64,000 bases of DNA, from the NCBI GenBank assembly GCA_951406725.2, contig OX597817.1, positions 156,240,001-156,304,000 on the forward strand, given 5' to 3'. A program made the position numbers and the translations under genes. This document shows positions 1 through 12,057 of this stretch, one piece after another (the first letter of the stretch is position 1; each line of letters starts with the position of its first letter). Origin of the DNA: Octopus vulgaris (taxonomy: Eukaryota). The notes under the pieces are model-generated. The model was given only the letters and a program-made list of their open reading frames with translations. It did no database searches and was not told the DNA's origin.

Positions 1-10
1 AAACATGCAT

Positions 11-44
11 ATATATATATAGACAGACAGACAGACAGAAAGAT

Positions 45-108
<64 letters not shown>

Positions 109-130
109 GTAGGTAGGTAGGTAGGTAGGT

Positions 131-190
<60 letters not shown>

Positions 191-197
191 GTAGATT

Positions 198-230
<33 letters not shown>

Positions 231-251
231 GTAGATAGGTAGATAGATAGG

Positions 252-335
<84 letters not shown>
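11..335. repeat. (GATA)n/(GGTA)n microsatellite
   Basis: Directly visible tetranucleotide array. Confidence 0.97.
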
Positions 336-947
336 GCTATTTTGGAAACTATAAGCTTGCTCGAAGTTTCCAGAAAGCCATAAAATACATAATTTCTTTT
401 GAAATTGCATTTTTCTGAAGCGTTTCATTCTTGAGGTAGCGTGAAATCAAGTATCACTGAATGTGCATTCTTTGGAGAGAACATCTTCGAAAATTATATA
501 CTTTGTTAGACGTTTGTCTTCTCTTCTCCCTTGAGAGTTGCTCTCTATTGTGTCTTGTTATCTATTGTCATCTATTGTGTCTTGACACCGAAACGTGAAC
601 ACGCGCTAGAAAGAGCTACATGCCAGCTGTACGTTAGAAAATACTCATTCACTTTCTTTTGATTTTCTATTTGTGATTTAATGTTATTGAAAATATGTTG
701 AAAGAATAATGCCTATAGCAAATGCTTGAACAATCTTAACTATGAAATATAGTGGAAGGCATATTTTAACTATAATATTATTCTGTTATGGGAGGACGAC
801 ATTGGTAGCACTCTAACAAATGTTCATACGGTGTATACATTCTTATGAAGGTTGGCAGCTACATAGAGAAATACTGCACGCTCAAATTTAATGGAAATTG
901 TACGAGAGGTAAATCGAGGAAGATGGGGGCGAAGTCGTACAGACTGG

Positions 948-1359
948 GGATCTTTTCTGTTTAAACGGCAGTTTTTAAAAATAATTTCCACGTAACTAAA
1001 CACTTTTAAACTTCGTATACTGGTAGAATGTGTCTATAAAACATCTTTTTCTCTTGGCATTATTGAGAAAATTCTATACTTAATATTATATTTGTTGTTT
1101 TTTTTCTTCAATTTCTGCAATTTCAACCAATCAATGACGTCTATTGAGGTGAAAACATTCTGTGCCGTATGAATATGTCCCTCGTTTAAGAAACAGATTG
1201 GGTTTATTTACATTTCTGAAGAAAAAAACCCTTCCCACACCCCTAACCCTAATCCTAAAACAGATTGAAATACAATAAATCGATACTAGGATCATAATTA
1301 TGGGTGACAATTTCATATGACACCGCTAGAAAACTCTGCCGTTCAAACCGAAAAGATCC
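948..1359. mobile_element. MITE with GG-starting TIRs (Merlin-like)
   Basis: TIR ggatcttttc(t)gttt(a)aacggcag ... ctgccgttcaaaccgaaaagatcc; degenerate 8-bp TSD cagactgg/ccgactga; second copy at 42951. Confidence 0.8.
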
Positions 1360-1595
1360 CCGACTGATCTCAAGATATTATTATACATCCCATGAAGATG
1401 ATAGAGGATTGTAACGATTGGGAATATGCATGACTGGTAAAAAGTTGATCACCCTGCGCAAGCATGTCGACATGTACGAAAGGGCAAAACAGTATCCAAA
1501 TTCGTAGCTCCAGTTCTCCGTCGCTACTGGATTTGTAGAGTATACTACACTTACTACTCAACGTTGCCCGGTAAAGTATTTACCGCAATGGTCCA

Positions 1596-1964
1596 GTAGA
1601 GGCGCAATGGCCCAGTGGTTAAGGCAACGGACTCGCGGTCATAGGATCGCGGTTTCGATTCCCAGACCGGGCGTTGTGAGTGTTTACTGAGCGAAAACAC
1701 CTAAAAGCTCCACGAGGCTCCGGCAGGGGATGGTGGTGGTCCCTGCTGTACTCTTTCACCACAACTTTCTCTCACTCTTACTTCCTGTTTCTGTTGTACC
1801 TGTATTTCAAAGGGCCGGCCTTGTCACTCTCTGTGTCACGCTGAATATCCCCGAGATCTACGTTAAGGGTACACATGTCTGTGGAGTGCTTAGCCACTTG
1901 CACGTTAATATCACGAGCAGGCTGTTCCGGAACCCTCGTCGTCGTAACCGACGGAGTGCTTCCA
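1596..1964 (+). mobile_element. SINE family A (tRNA-Arg-like head, tail type 1)
   Basis: A box tggcccagtgg, B box ggtttcgattccc; more than 10 near-identical copies in window; resembles octopus OR1/OR2 SINEs as I recall them. Confidence 0.9.
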
Positions 1965-2252
1965 CATTTACCAGAATTGTTTGCTAATTTGTAGAATGGG
2001 AATTCCCGGTACTTATGCGTGTATATATATTTAACCTAACTTCTGGATTTATTTAATTGGAACTATCCAAACAATAGTAATCAATGTACATGAGTAGAAG
2101 ATTTTTTGAAAACAATTTTTATCTTGAAAATCACCTGTTACTTTTGTTTTAAAGTGAAAGATGTATGGCAATGGATGGAAGCACTCCGCCGGTTACGACG
2201 ATGCGGGTTCCGGTTGATCCGATCAACGGAACAGCCTGCTCGTGTCTCTTTC

Positions 2253-2613
2253 TAACCAACCACATGGTTCCGGGTTCAGTCCCACTGCGTGGCATCTTGG
2301 GCAAGTGTCTTCTGCTATAGCCCTGGCCGACCAAAGCCTTGTGAGTGGATTTGGTAGACGGAAACTGAAAGAAGCCTGTCGTATATATGTATGTGTGAGT
2401 GTATTGGTGTGTCTGTGTTTGTCCCCCTAGCATTGCTTGACAACCGATGCTAGTGTGTTTACGTCCCCGTAACTTAGCGGTTCGGCAAAAAGAGACCGAT
2501 AGAATAAGTACTGGGCTTACAAAGAATAAGTCCCGGGGTCGATTTGCTCGACTAAAGGCGGTGCTCCAGCATGGCCGCAGTCAAATGACTGAAACAAGTA
2601 AAAGAGTAAAAGA

Positions 2614-2614
<1 letters not shown>
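2253..2614 (+). mobile_element. SINE family B (CORE-like, internal microsatellite), 5'-truncated, fused to an inverted family A tail fragment (2175-2243)
   Basis: cttgggcaagtgtctt CORE-like motif; tail tgactgaaacaagtaaaagagtaaaagag. Confidence 0.88.
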
Positions 2615-2667
<53 letters not shown>

Positions 2668-2875
2668 ACATATATATATATATATGTATATATATATACA
2701 CGTGTGTGTGTATTTGAAATGGGGCTAGTTTTTGTGTATATGACGGCGAGCAAACCGGAAGTTCAAAGTCAGAGAACACCGTTTTCCTTATAAAAGCTAA
2801 TGTAAATATGTATTCTACGAAAAAATATTGAGTAATCTTTCAGTTCAATGTTAAACTATTTCATACATGACACTT

Positions 2876-3221
2876 GTGGAGGCGCAATGGCCCAGTGGTT
2901 AGGGCAGCGGACTCGCGGTCGTAGGATCGCGGTTTCGATTCCCAGACCTAAAGCTCCACGAGGCTCCGGCAGGGATGGTGGTGGTCCCTGCTGTACTCTT
3001 TCACCACAACTTTCACTCTTACTTCCTGTTTCTGTTGTACCTGTATTTCAAAGGGCCGGCCTTGTCACTCTCTGTGTCACGCTGAATATCCCCGAGAACT
3101 ACGTTAAGGGTGCACGTGTCTGTGGAGTGCTCAGCCACTTACACGTTAATTTCACGAGCAGGCTGTTCCGTTGATCGGATCAACCGGAACCCTCGTCGTC
3201 GTAACCGACGGAGTGCTTCCA
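2876..3221 (+). mobile_element. SINE family A with internal deletion
   Basis: Matches family A; TSD acatgacacttg on both sides. Confidence 0.9.
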
Positions 3222-3231
3222 CATGACACTT

Positions 3232-3277
<46 letters not shown>

Positions 3278-3300
3278 GTACGTGATACTTGAGACATACA

Positions 3301-3438
3301 TAGTGGCGGACTGGGTCTAAAAATATTGGTTGCCAGGATACTAAAGGGGCCCATCCATATATATTTACAGCGCATATATATATATATGTACTTTTATTAA
3401 AACTACAAAATTGTCACAAAAACTGAGTCCCCGTTCGT

Positions 3439-3469
<31 letters not shown>

Positions 3470-3855
3470 AGGGAGAGTTCACGAAAAAAAAAACAAAAGA
3501 CGAAGACAGGTGGTATACAAAACAAACAGATGTATTAGTATAACGCTCGGGAATAGAAAAAGTCTTTTACGTTTCGAGCCTACGCTCTTCTACAGAAAGG
3601 GACACTGAAAAAAACATAACTACAAGGGGGCCCACCCGTAACTACAATACTATAATTTAGTTTTTATTTTTGTTAAAAGAATTCTTTTCAACTGTCTACA
3701 AACGCAGCCAGGCTGAAATAATTAATGCATTCTTCCAGGAGTGAATAAAAAATTCTGAAACTTGAGGGTATGCGCTCCTTAGATACTAACATGGGCACCC
3801 ATATATAGATTCTTATGCCATCGGGCAAGCTGGAAACCTGGCCAGTCCGCCACTA
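3301..3855. mobile_element. hAT-like MITE
   Basis: 14-bp TIR tagtggcggactgg / ccagtccgccacta; TSD not preserved. Confidence 0.6.
3468..3606 (-). mobile_element. Penelope-like terminal-repeat fragment with minimal hammerhead-like motif (3564-3599)
   Basis: Minus strand cttt-ctgtaga-agagcgtaggctc-gaaa-cg-ta-aaag; second copy at 6505-6660; abuts (GT)n. Confidence 0.6.
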
Positions 3856-3929
3856 CCATCCCGAAATAAAACAATATCCGTTTCAGCACAAATTCATAAA
3901 CGTGTGTTGTGTATGTGTGTGTGTGTGTG

Positions 3930-4001
<72 letters not shown>

Positions 4002-4497
4002 CGTGTATGTGTGTGTTTGAAAGCTAACTGAATAATCATATATAAATACTGGCTCGCCATTAAAAGTAACGCTCCTTGAAAATGAATCACTAAAGCGCTA
4101 TATTCATGAAAATGATGCCGATGATGATGATGACGACGATGACGATGTGTAAGGTGATAATGCTACTGATGGTGGTGTCGACAATTATAATGATAATATT
4201 GAGGAGAAGGAAGAAAAGAGAAGGAGCGGCGGGAAAATTACGGCCGGTGATGACTATGATGGTGGTTAACGACAATGATAATGATAACGGTGATGATGAC
4301 AATATGAACAGCTTCAATAGAATTACCATGACGACAAACGGAAGCGTGAGTTGGCAATCTGCAGACAAAATGATAAATAAATGAATAAATAAATAAATAG
4401 AATAACAAGAAGTTTATTTTGAGTGTAGCTTTAACAGATAACAGGTAGGTTATAAATGGCGGATGGTTTCAAATGAGAAGCAGTTGTTTATAAATGA

Positions 4498-4978
4498 CTA
4501 GCAGTATCGCCCGGCGTTGCTCGGGTTTGTAAGGGAAATAACTATACAGCATTTTTAGAGTTATAGCCAAAAAATAGCTAAAAATGCATTAAAAATGGAA
4601 AAGAAATCATCGTAAATATTTTTTTAAATCGTTGACTCATCGTAGACATTTTTAGAGAGTTACTTCCCTTTAAAAATGCATTAAAAATGGGAAAAATTAT
4701 GGTAATTTTTTTTTAAATCGTTGACTCATCGTAGACATTTTTAGAGAGTTACTTCCCTTTAAAAAAAATATGCATTAAAATGGAAAAAAATGATGGTAAA
4801 TTATTTTTAAAATCGTAGACTCATCGTAGACGCGCGCTAATATCCAGAAGGGCTCGATATGAATCACGACTATAAGATACCCGGTTTTGGTTAAACTGCA
4901 CCTCAAAATGTGGGAGTAGTTAGGAATCTAAATCGAAGGGGACAGACACTCACACAACTACAGTTTTATATATAAAGA
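4498..4978 (-). mobile_element. Non-autonomous Helitron (5' type 2)
   Basis: On minus strand: 5' TC, 3' hairpin cccgagcaacgccggg then CTAG, A|T target; homolog at 50032. Confidence 0.85.
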
Positions 4979-5017
4979 TATATACTTTATTTAAAGCAGC
5001 AGAAAATTCAACAAATT

Positions 5018-5055
5018 CTGTTACTCTGAGTTTCTCGTTGCCGTTCATCAGACAG
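5018..5055 (-). ncRNA. Type I hammerhead ribozyme-like motif in Penelope-like fragment (4981-5063)
   Basis: ctgt-CUGAUGA-acggcaacga-GAAA-ctcagag-UA-acag; intact core, stem I extendable; related copies at 57783 and 59442. Confidence 0.6.
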
Positions 5056-5114
5056 TTTTTGTTAGGGCTTCTTTCAGTTTCTGTCTACCAAATTCATATA
5101 TATATATGTATGTA

Positions 5115-5211
<97 letters not shown>

Positions 5212-5672
5212 GCTTCTTTCAGTTTCTGTCTACCAAATCTACTTCCATGGTTTGGGTCGGCCCGAGGCCATAGTAGAAGACAAGTGCCAAAGGTGCCACA
5301 TGATTGTTTGAGACGAATATTATCATCATTGGGATATGACTCTGGAGGAAGCAATTGCAACAAATTTTCCAAAACAAGTCAGAGATCTGTTTGCAGATCT
5401 TCCCATTCAGAGTCAGTTGCTTAAAAGCTATATACTTTCAAATGACTTAATTATTTCAGTCATTTGACTGTAGCCATGTATAAATATCGGACCCCGGCGG
5501 AATTTGAGCTCAGAACATAAAGACGAACGAAATTGCCATCCGTTTGGTTAGAAATGATCGGAAGCGCCCCATGGAACCACTAACACACATCTTCAGTAAA
5601 CGTGACTGAACAAACAATTCTTCGAATTCAGCTATTCTAAAGACTTTATTCTTACCAGCATGAAATGTGGGA

Positions 5673-6058
5673 TGGAAGCACTCCGTCGGTTACGACGACG
5701 AGGGTTCCGGTTGATCCGTATCGACGGAACAGCCTGCTCGTGAAATTAACGTGTAAGTGGCTGAGCACTCCACAGACACGTGTACCCTTAACGCAGTTCT
5801 CGGGGATATTCAGCGTGACACAGAGAGTGACAAGGCCGGCCCTTTGAAATACAGGTACAACAGAAACAGGAAGTAAGAGTGAGAGAAAGTTGTGGTGAAA
5901 GAGTACAGCAGGGATCACCACCATTCCCTGCCGGAGCCTCGCGGAGCTTTTGGGTGTTTTCGCTCAATAAACACTCACAACGCCCGGTCTGGGAATCGAA
6001 ACCGCGATCCTACGACCGCGAGTCCGCTGCCCTAACCACTGGGCCATTGCGTCTCCAC
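5673..6058 (-). mobile_element. SINE family A
   Basis: Full-length reverse copy; TSD ccagc(a/g)tgaaatgt. Confidence 0.92.
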
Positions 6059-6268
6059 CAGCGTGAAATGTATATTGTTGGTGTCATAAGAATTTTGAAA
6101 TTGCGAGAGACGTGAAATTATTCTGTTTTTGAAACGCTGAAAATCGAAGTCGATAGAACTAAATAACAAACGTGGACTAAGAACGAAAACGGACCTGTTA
6201 AAGTTCCATTGTTCTGAAAAAGAATTATTTTACATCTATCGAAATTTCTGAATTCTTATGACATTAAA

Positions 6269-6330
6269 CTATGTATGTATGTATGTATGTATGTATGTAT
6301 GTATGTATGTATGTATGTATGTATGTATGT

Positions 6331-6408
<78 letters not shown>

Positions 6409-6444
6409 ACATATATATATATACATATGTGTGTATATATACAT

Positions 6445-6506
<62 letters not shown>
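6269..6506. repeat. Compound (TATG)n/(TA)n/(CA)n/(GT)n microsatellite
   Basis: Directly visible. Confidence 0.95.
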
Positions 6507-6660
6507 AGGGAGAATTCACAAAAAAAGACGAAGACAGGTGGTGTAGACAACAAACAGATGCATTAGTATAACGCTCGGAAAGTGAAAAAGACTTTAACGT
6601 TTCGAGCCTACGCTCTTCTACAGAAAGGGACACAGAAAAAACAAGGAGAGAAAATAAAGA
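6505..6660 (-). mobile_element. Penelope-like fragment with hammerhead-like motif (6592-6627)
   Basis: Near-identical to 3468-3606; cttt-ctgtaga-agagcgtaggctc-gaaa-cg-tt-aaag. Confidence 0.6.
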
Positions 6661-7068
6661 ATGTATAGTAGCTAGCGATCTATCATGGTGAATGCTGGAC
6701 AGAAGGAAAGATGGCTATCGTGTGTGAATGTGTGCTTGTGGATACGTGTGTGTGTGTGCATGCATGCGTATGCATAAATGTGCGTGTGTGTGTGGGGGTG
6801 GGTATATATATACTTGATGAAAATTATATATATATATACCTTCGAAACGCGGAGTAGATGAAACAGAGGTGGCTGAAGAAAGGGAATGTTCCTTGTGTTG
6901 TATGTCTTGTACTCATTCTTTTCGTTAAGAAAAATTTCCATTTCCTTGGTTTTGTGTTTATGATTTCGTTTCTCATTTTGTTCGAAGTTTTTTTGGTGTC
7001 CTGTACCCATATATGCATGTATATATATGCACATAGATGTAGGTACGTACATATATGTATGTATATGT

Positions 7069-7478
7069 ACTCTTTTACTCTTTTACTTGTTTCAGTCATT
7101 TGACTGCGGCCATGCTGGAGCACCGCCTTTAGTCGAGCAAATCGACCCCGGGACTTATTCTTTGTAAGCCCAGTACTTATTCTATCGGTCTCTTTTTGCC
7201 GAACCGCTAAGTTACGGGGACGTAAACACACCAGCATCGGTTGTCAAGCAATGCTAGGGGGACAAACACAGACACACAAACACATACACACACATACATA
7301 TATATATATATATACATATATACGACAGGCTTCTTTCAGTTTCCGTCTACCAAATCCACTCACAAGACATTGGTCGGCCCGGGGCTATAGCAGAAGACAC
7401 TTGCCCAAGATGCCACACAGTGGGACTGAACCTGGAACCATGTGGTTGGTTAGCAAGCTACTTACCACACAGCCACTC
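7069..7478 (-). mobile_element. SINE family B
   Basis: Reverse-complement match to 11659-12057 and 54136-54531. Confidence 0.9.
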
Positions 7479-7496
7479 TGCATATACATACATACA

Positions 7497-7715
7497 TATA
7501 AAGGGTTCTAAAATGTTCCTGGTTTTAAGGACATTGCAAAAGGCCTGGCTGGAGGCCCAACCTTCCGAGTTCTTTTACAGGGATTAGAAAAACTGAAGGA
7601 CCGCTGCAATAAGTGTGTGAATCTGGGAGGGGAACATGTTGGATAAAATCATAATTAAGTAATCCTCCTGTATTTTCTTTTGACCAAGGCCCAGAACTTT
7701 TCAGCACTTCTTCGA
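7497..7715 (+). mobile_element. Mariner-derived MITE/remnant
   Basis: Encodes ...EKLKDRCNKCVNLGGEHVG*, like a mariner C-terminus (KLxxRWxKCIxxxGxYVE*); ends in ccagaacttttcagcac TIR-like sequence. Confidence 0.6.
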
Positions 7716-7999
7716 TTATACACCCACACTCACAAACACACTTACACACGTATGTGCATGTGTGTTTTTATATGTGTGTGTGTGTATGTGTGTGTAAATG
7801 ATCAAACAGACTTCAGAGAGACTGGAGTTGATCTGCAGCAGCAAAACTGTATTATTTTGTAAAAATCCAACATGTGAACTTTCCATGGGGAATGGGAAAA
7901 CAAACGTTTCGGAGAGTCCATCCTCAGAGAAAATGTGAAAAGAGAGATATTAAAGTTCGTCAACAGATTTTGATTTCACTATGCATGGATGCACACTCG

Positions 8000-8058
<59 letters not shown>

Positions 8059-9035
8059 ACACACAGTGTCCAGGCAGGTTCTCCTTCATTGACCCAGATA
8101 GAGTCTCACTCGGTTGCAGAAGCTTATTTTCCAAGATTACTAGGGTGGGGGATGAATGATTCATGCTATAGGACAGCCGTACAGAGAGCAAATGGATGGT
8201 CACCAAGAAGGGAGAGTGACTTCATATAATAAAAGTACTGTTGATCTTATGGTTACAAATTTAATTTGCTTCAGATCTGTATTCACTACTATAAAAATCA
8301 GTTACTACATAAATAAAAATATGTGGATATGGGACAATTACTACTAAAACATTCAACCAACACTGAAACTATACACCCAAAGCATTCCTTTGAATATTAT
8401 TAATAAAGTACAAATAAGCAGGGAAAAAATAAATATATAGAATAAAAACAATGAAGTAATAGTTAAATTAAGACACCATTATAATAACAAGAATGAAGGT
8501 AAACAAAATAAATAAATGAAAAAAATCCACATCTCATTTCAAATATCTATATCCCCTGAAGATATGAAAGCTAACAGACATTAAAAGTAAACATGGAAAG
8601 TGTTATGTGATAAATAATATAAATAATCTATAGAATGAAAGGATGATTAATTAGATTTTTGGGGAAAAAAAAATAATTAAAAAATTTTTGAAAATAAACA
8701 AAAATTATAAATTAACAATTGAAAAATCATAATTTCTTACATGAGTTTGGCAGACTGTGCAGACAAAGTAAAGAGTAGTGTGGCAGGCAAAGAAGAAACT
8801 ATTTAGGATCGGAAAGGATTCTTTTCTTCTGCAGGATAATCATCAGGATTTTCTGTTAACCTTTTGCTAGTCCTGTATATGAGATGTGATATAGAGAACA
8901 TGTTTCATTGGCACTCACACACATATGATACACATTCCCAATTGTTTTTATTTCCCAACCTCTGAGTGACTTGGGATTTATGAAAAGAAAGCTTTATATC
9001 ATTCAGAACGTATAAAACAAAGGATTACTAAATGT

Positions 9036-9430
9036 TGTGTGGTGAGTAGCTTGTTTACCAACCACATGGTTCCGAGTTCAGTCCCACTGTGTGGCACCTT
9101 AGGCAAGTGTCTTCTACTATGGCTTCGGGCCAACCAAAGCCTTGTGAGTGGATTTGGCAGACGGAAACTGAAAGAAGCCCATCGTATATATGTATCTATG
9201 TATGTTTGCATGTGTATATGTTTGTGTGTCTGTTTATCCCCCCAACATCGCTTGACAACCGATGCTGGTGTGTTTACGTCGCCCTAACTTAGCGATTTGG
9301 CAAAAGAGACTGATAGAATAAGTACTAGGCTTACAAAGAATAAGTCCTGGGGTCTATTTGCTTGACTAAAGGCGGTGCTCCAGCATGGCCACAGTCAAAT
9401 GGCTAAATCAAGTAAAAGAGTAAAAGTAAA
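9036..9430 (+). mobile_element. SINE family B
   Basis: Matches family B consensus. Confidence 0.88.
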
Positions 9431-9515
9431 AAATTCTTAAATTACATTTTTTTAAACAATATATCTAAGGGGTATTGCCTCAATCTATTTTTCTGGATAG
9501 AGCAAAATTATTGTA

Positions 9516-10385
9516 ACCCTTTATCACAAAAATAGCTAACTTAGTATCCTCTATAAAGATTAATATTTCTCAAAACATCTGTGATTTCATGTCAAAGACT
9601 CAAAATCTTTCTTCAGCGCTTCTCTTGATATGGCCCTTGTTCGATTTTGGTCCTCATCTTCAAAGTCCTGTTATTGTTGCAAGAATTACAACCCTTTATC
9701 GGAAAAATAGCTAACTTAGTATACTCTATAAAGATTAATATTTCTCAAAACATGTGTGATTTCATGTCAAAGACACAAAATCTTACTCAGCGCTTCTCTT
9801 GATATGGCCCTTGTTCGATTTTGGTTCTCCTCTTCAAAGTCCTGTTATTGTTGCAAGAATTACAACCCTTTATCGGAAAAATAGCTAACTTAGTATACTC
9901 TATAAAGATTAATATTTCTCAAAACATGTGTGATTTCATGTCAAAGACACAAAATCTTACTTCAGCGCTTCTCTTGATATGGCCCTTGTTCAATTTTGGT
10001 TTTCCTCTTCAAAGTCCTGTTCTTGTTGCAAGAATTACAACCCTTTATCGGAAAAATAGCTAACTTAGTATACTCTATAAAGATTAATATTTCTCAAAAC
10101 ATGTGTGATTTCATGTCAAAGACACAAAATCTTACTTCAGCGCTTCTCTTGATATGGCCCTTGTTCAATTTTGGTTTTCCTCTTCAAAGTCCTGTTATTG
10201 TTGCAAGAATTACAACCCTTTATCGGAAAATAGCTAACTTAGTATACTCTATAAAGATTAATATTTCTCAAAACATCTGTGATTTCATATCAAAGACACA
10301 AAATCTTTCTTCAGCGCTTCTCTTGATATGGACCTTGTTCGATTTTGGTTCTCCTCTTCAAAGCCCTGTTATTGTTGCAAGAATT
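9516..10385. repeat. Tandem repeat, 5 x ~175 bp
   Basis: Unit starts aaccctttatc at 9516, 9690, 9864, 10039, 10214. Confidence 0.95.
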
Positions 10386-10616
10386 CAGCCTCTTCCCATT
10401 GAAGTTCATTCAGATTTTCAATGGATTATTGCCATCACCCAAGTCATTCTTATCCTCTTTGTTCACATTTAAGCTTCTCTAATTACTCAAATATGTTAAT
10501 TTCTTCAATTATAGGCTCAAACAATTCAAAGTCCCTTGAAGTGACAGTATCAGATCACAGCTCTCTCCAAGAAGAGTTCAAGTACTTCTAATGATCTCGC
10601 TGTTAAATGTACTGCA

Positions 10617-10996
10617 TGGAGGCGCAATGGCCCAGTGGTTAGGGCAGCGGACTCGCGGTCGTAGGATCGCGGTTTCGATTCCCAGACCGGGCGTTGTGAG
10701 TGTTTATTGAGCGAAAACACCTAAAGCTCCACGAGGCTCCGGCAGGGGATGGTGGTGATCCCTGCTGTACTCTTTCACCACAACTTTCTCTCTCTTTCTT
10801 CTGTTTCTGTTGTACCTGTATTTCAAAGGGCCAGCCTTGTCACTCTCTATGTCACGCTGAATATCCCCGAGAACTACATTAAGGGTACACGTGTCTGTGG
10901 AGTGCTCAGCCACTTACACGTTAATTTCACGAGCAGGCTGTTCCGTTGGTCGGATCAACTGGAACCCTCATCGTCGTAACCAACGGAGTGCTTCCA
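10617..10996 (+). mobile_element. SINE family A nested in Tigger fossil
   Basis: Full length; TSD aaatgtactgca. Confidence 0.92.
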
Positions 10997-11049
10997 TCGA
11001 AATGTACTGCATCTGCAATGAGGAAGTGATTTCTCTGAAACTCTTTAAA

Positions 11050-11419
11050 TCTCTCTATATATAAACGGCAGTTTGTCTGTGTGTGTTTCTGTGTGTCTGT
11101 TAGGTTGTACCCTCACCCTGACCACGGCTTTCAACCGATTCTGATGAAACTTGACACACACATAGCCCAATGTCATAATTCAAAACTAACGCAGCGAAAA
11201 TTGAAAAGTTCCCCCAGTTCTGAAAAAATCGATAAATTCGACATGGGGTCGAGAATCAGAAACACAAAACCACAGACTGTCTAGAGGACGCAACTCGACC
11301 TTTTTAACTAAAAAAAAAATTTACCATCATTTTTTTTCCAGTTTTTGGCTATAACTCTCTAAAAATGGTTTATAGTTATTTCCCTTACAAACCCGAGCAA
11401 CGCCGGGCGATACTGCTAG
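11050..11419 (+). mobile_element. Non-autonomous Helitron (5' type 1)
   Basis: A|TC start, subterminal hairpin cccgagcaacgccggg, CTAG|T end; homolog at 52312. Confidence 0.88.
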
Positions 11420-11658
11420 TGTTACAATAAAGTAACTTCAAAATAGGCTCTGAATAGATGCTTTGGTTGCACTTTTTTTTTTTTCAGAATGTGTATTTAT
11501 TTATTGGTTCGTGGGAGTGATATTGGAAAGCATGCAATAGATTTTGATAAAATCATACTCCCGAGGTGTTTGATCCAAAAAGTTAGGATGACATACAAGA
11601 ACCTTATCCTGACAAGAAGAGCTTTTGTTAGAAGAACCTTAGTCATAGAAGAACCTTA

Positions 11659-12057
11659 GGCGCAAGAGTGGCTGTGTGGTAAGTAGCTTGCTAACCAACC
11701 ACATGGTTCCGGGTTAAGTCCCACTGCATGGCACCTTGGGCAAGTGTCTTCTGCTATAGCCCCGGGCTGACCAATGCCTTGTGAGTGGATTTGGTAGACG
11801 GAAACTGAAAGAAGCCTGTCATATATATGTATATATATATATATATGTGTGTGTTTGTGTGTCTGTGTTTGTCCCCCTAGCATTGCTTGATGCTGGTGTG
11901 TTTACGTCCCCGTCACTTAGCAGTTCGGCAAAAGAGACCGATAGAATAAGCACTGGGCTTACAAAGAATAAGTCCCGGGGTCGATTTGCTTGACTAAAGG
12001 CGGTGCTCCAGCATGGCCGCAGTCAAATGACTGAAACAAGTGAAAGAGAGTAAAGAG
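11659..12057 (+). mobile_element. SINE family B, full length
   Basis: Head ggcgcaagagtggctgtgtgg...gggttaagtccc, CORE-like motif, internal (TA)(TG), characteristic tail. Confidence 0.9.

Noticed and set aside
1596-1670. tRNA gene-like A/B box sequences
   Set aside because: SINE heads: no proper acceptor stem and always followed by the SINE body
1730-1987. Recurrent ~85-aa ORF MVVIPAVLFHHNFLS... seen in many places
   Set aside because: Lies within SINE A; recurrence reflects copy identity, and indels break it in other copies
4106-4384. Met/Asp/Asn-rich ORF
   Set aside because: Degenerate (GAT/AAT/GAC)n trinucleotide sequence; no splice or homology support
9821-10472. Plus-strand ORFs with repeated hydrophobic peptide
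   Set aside because: Antisense to the Tigger fossil and generated by the 175-bp repeat; frame shifts between units
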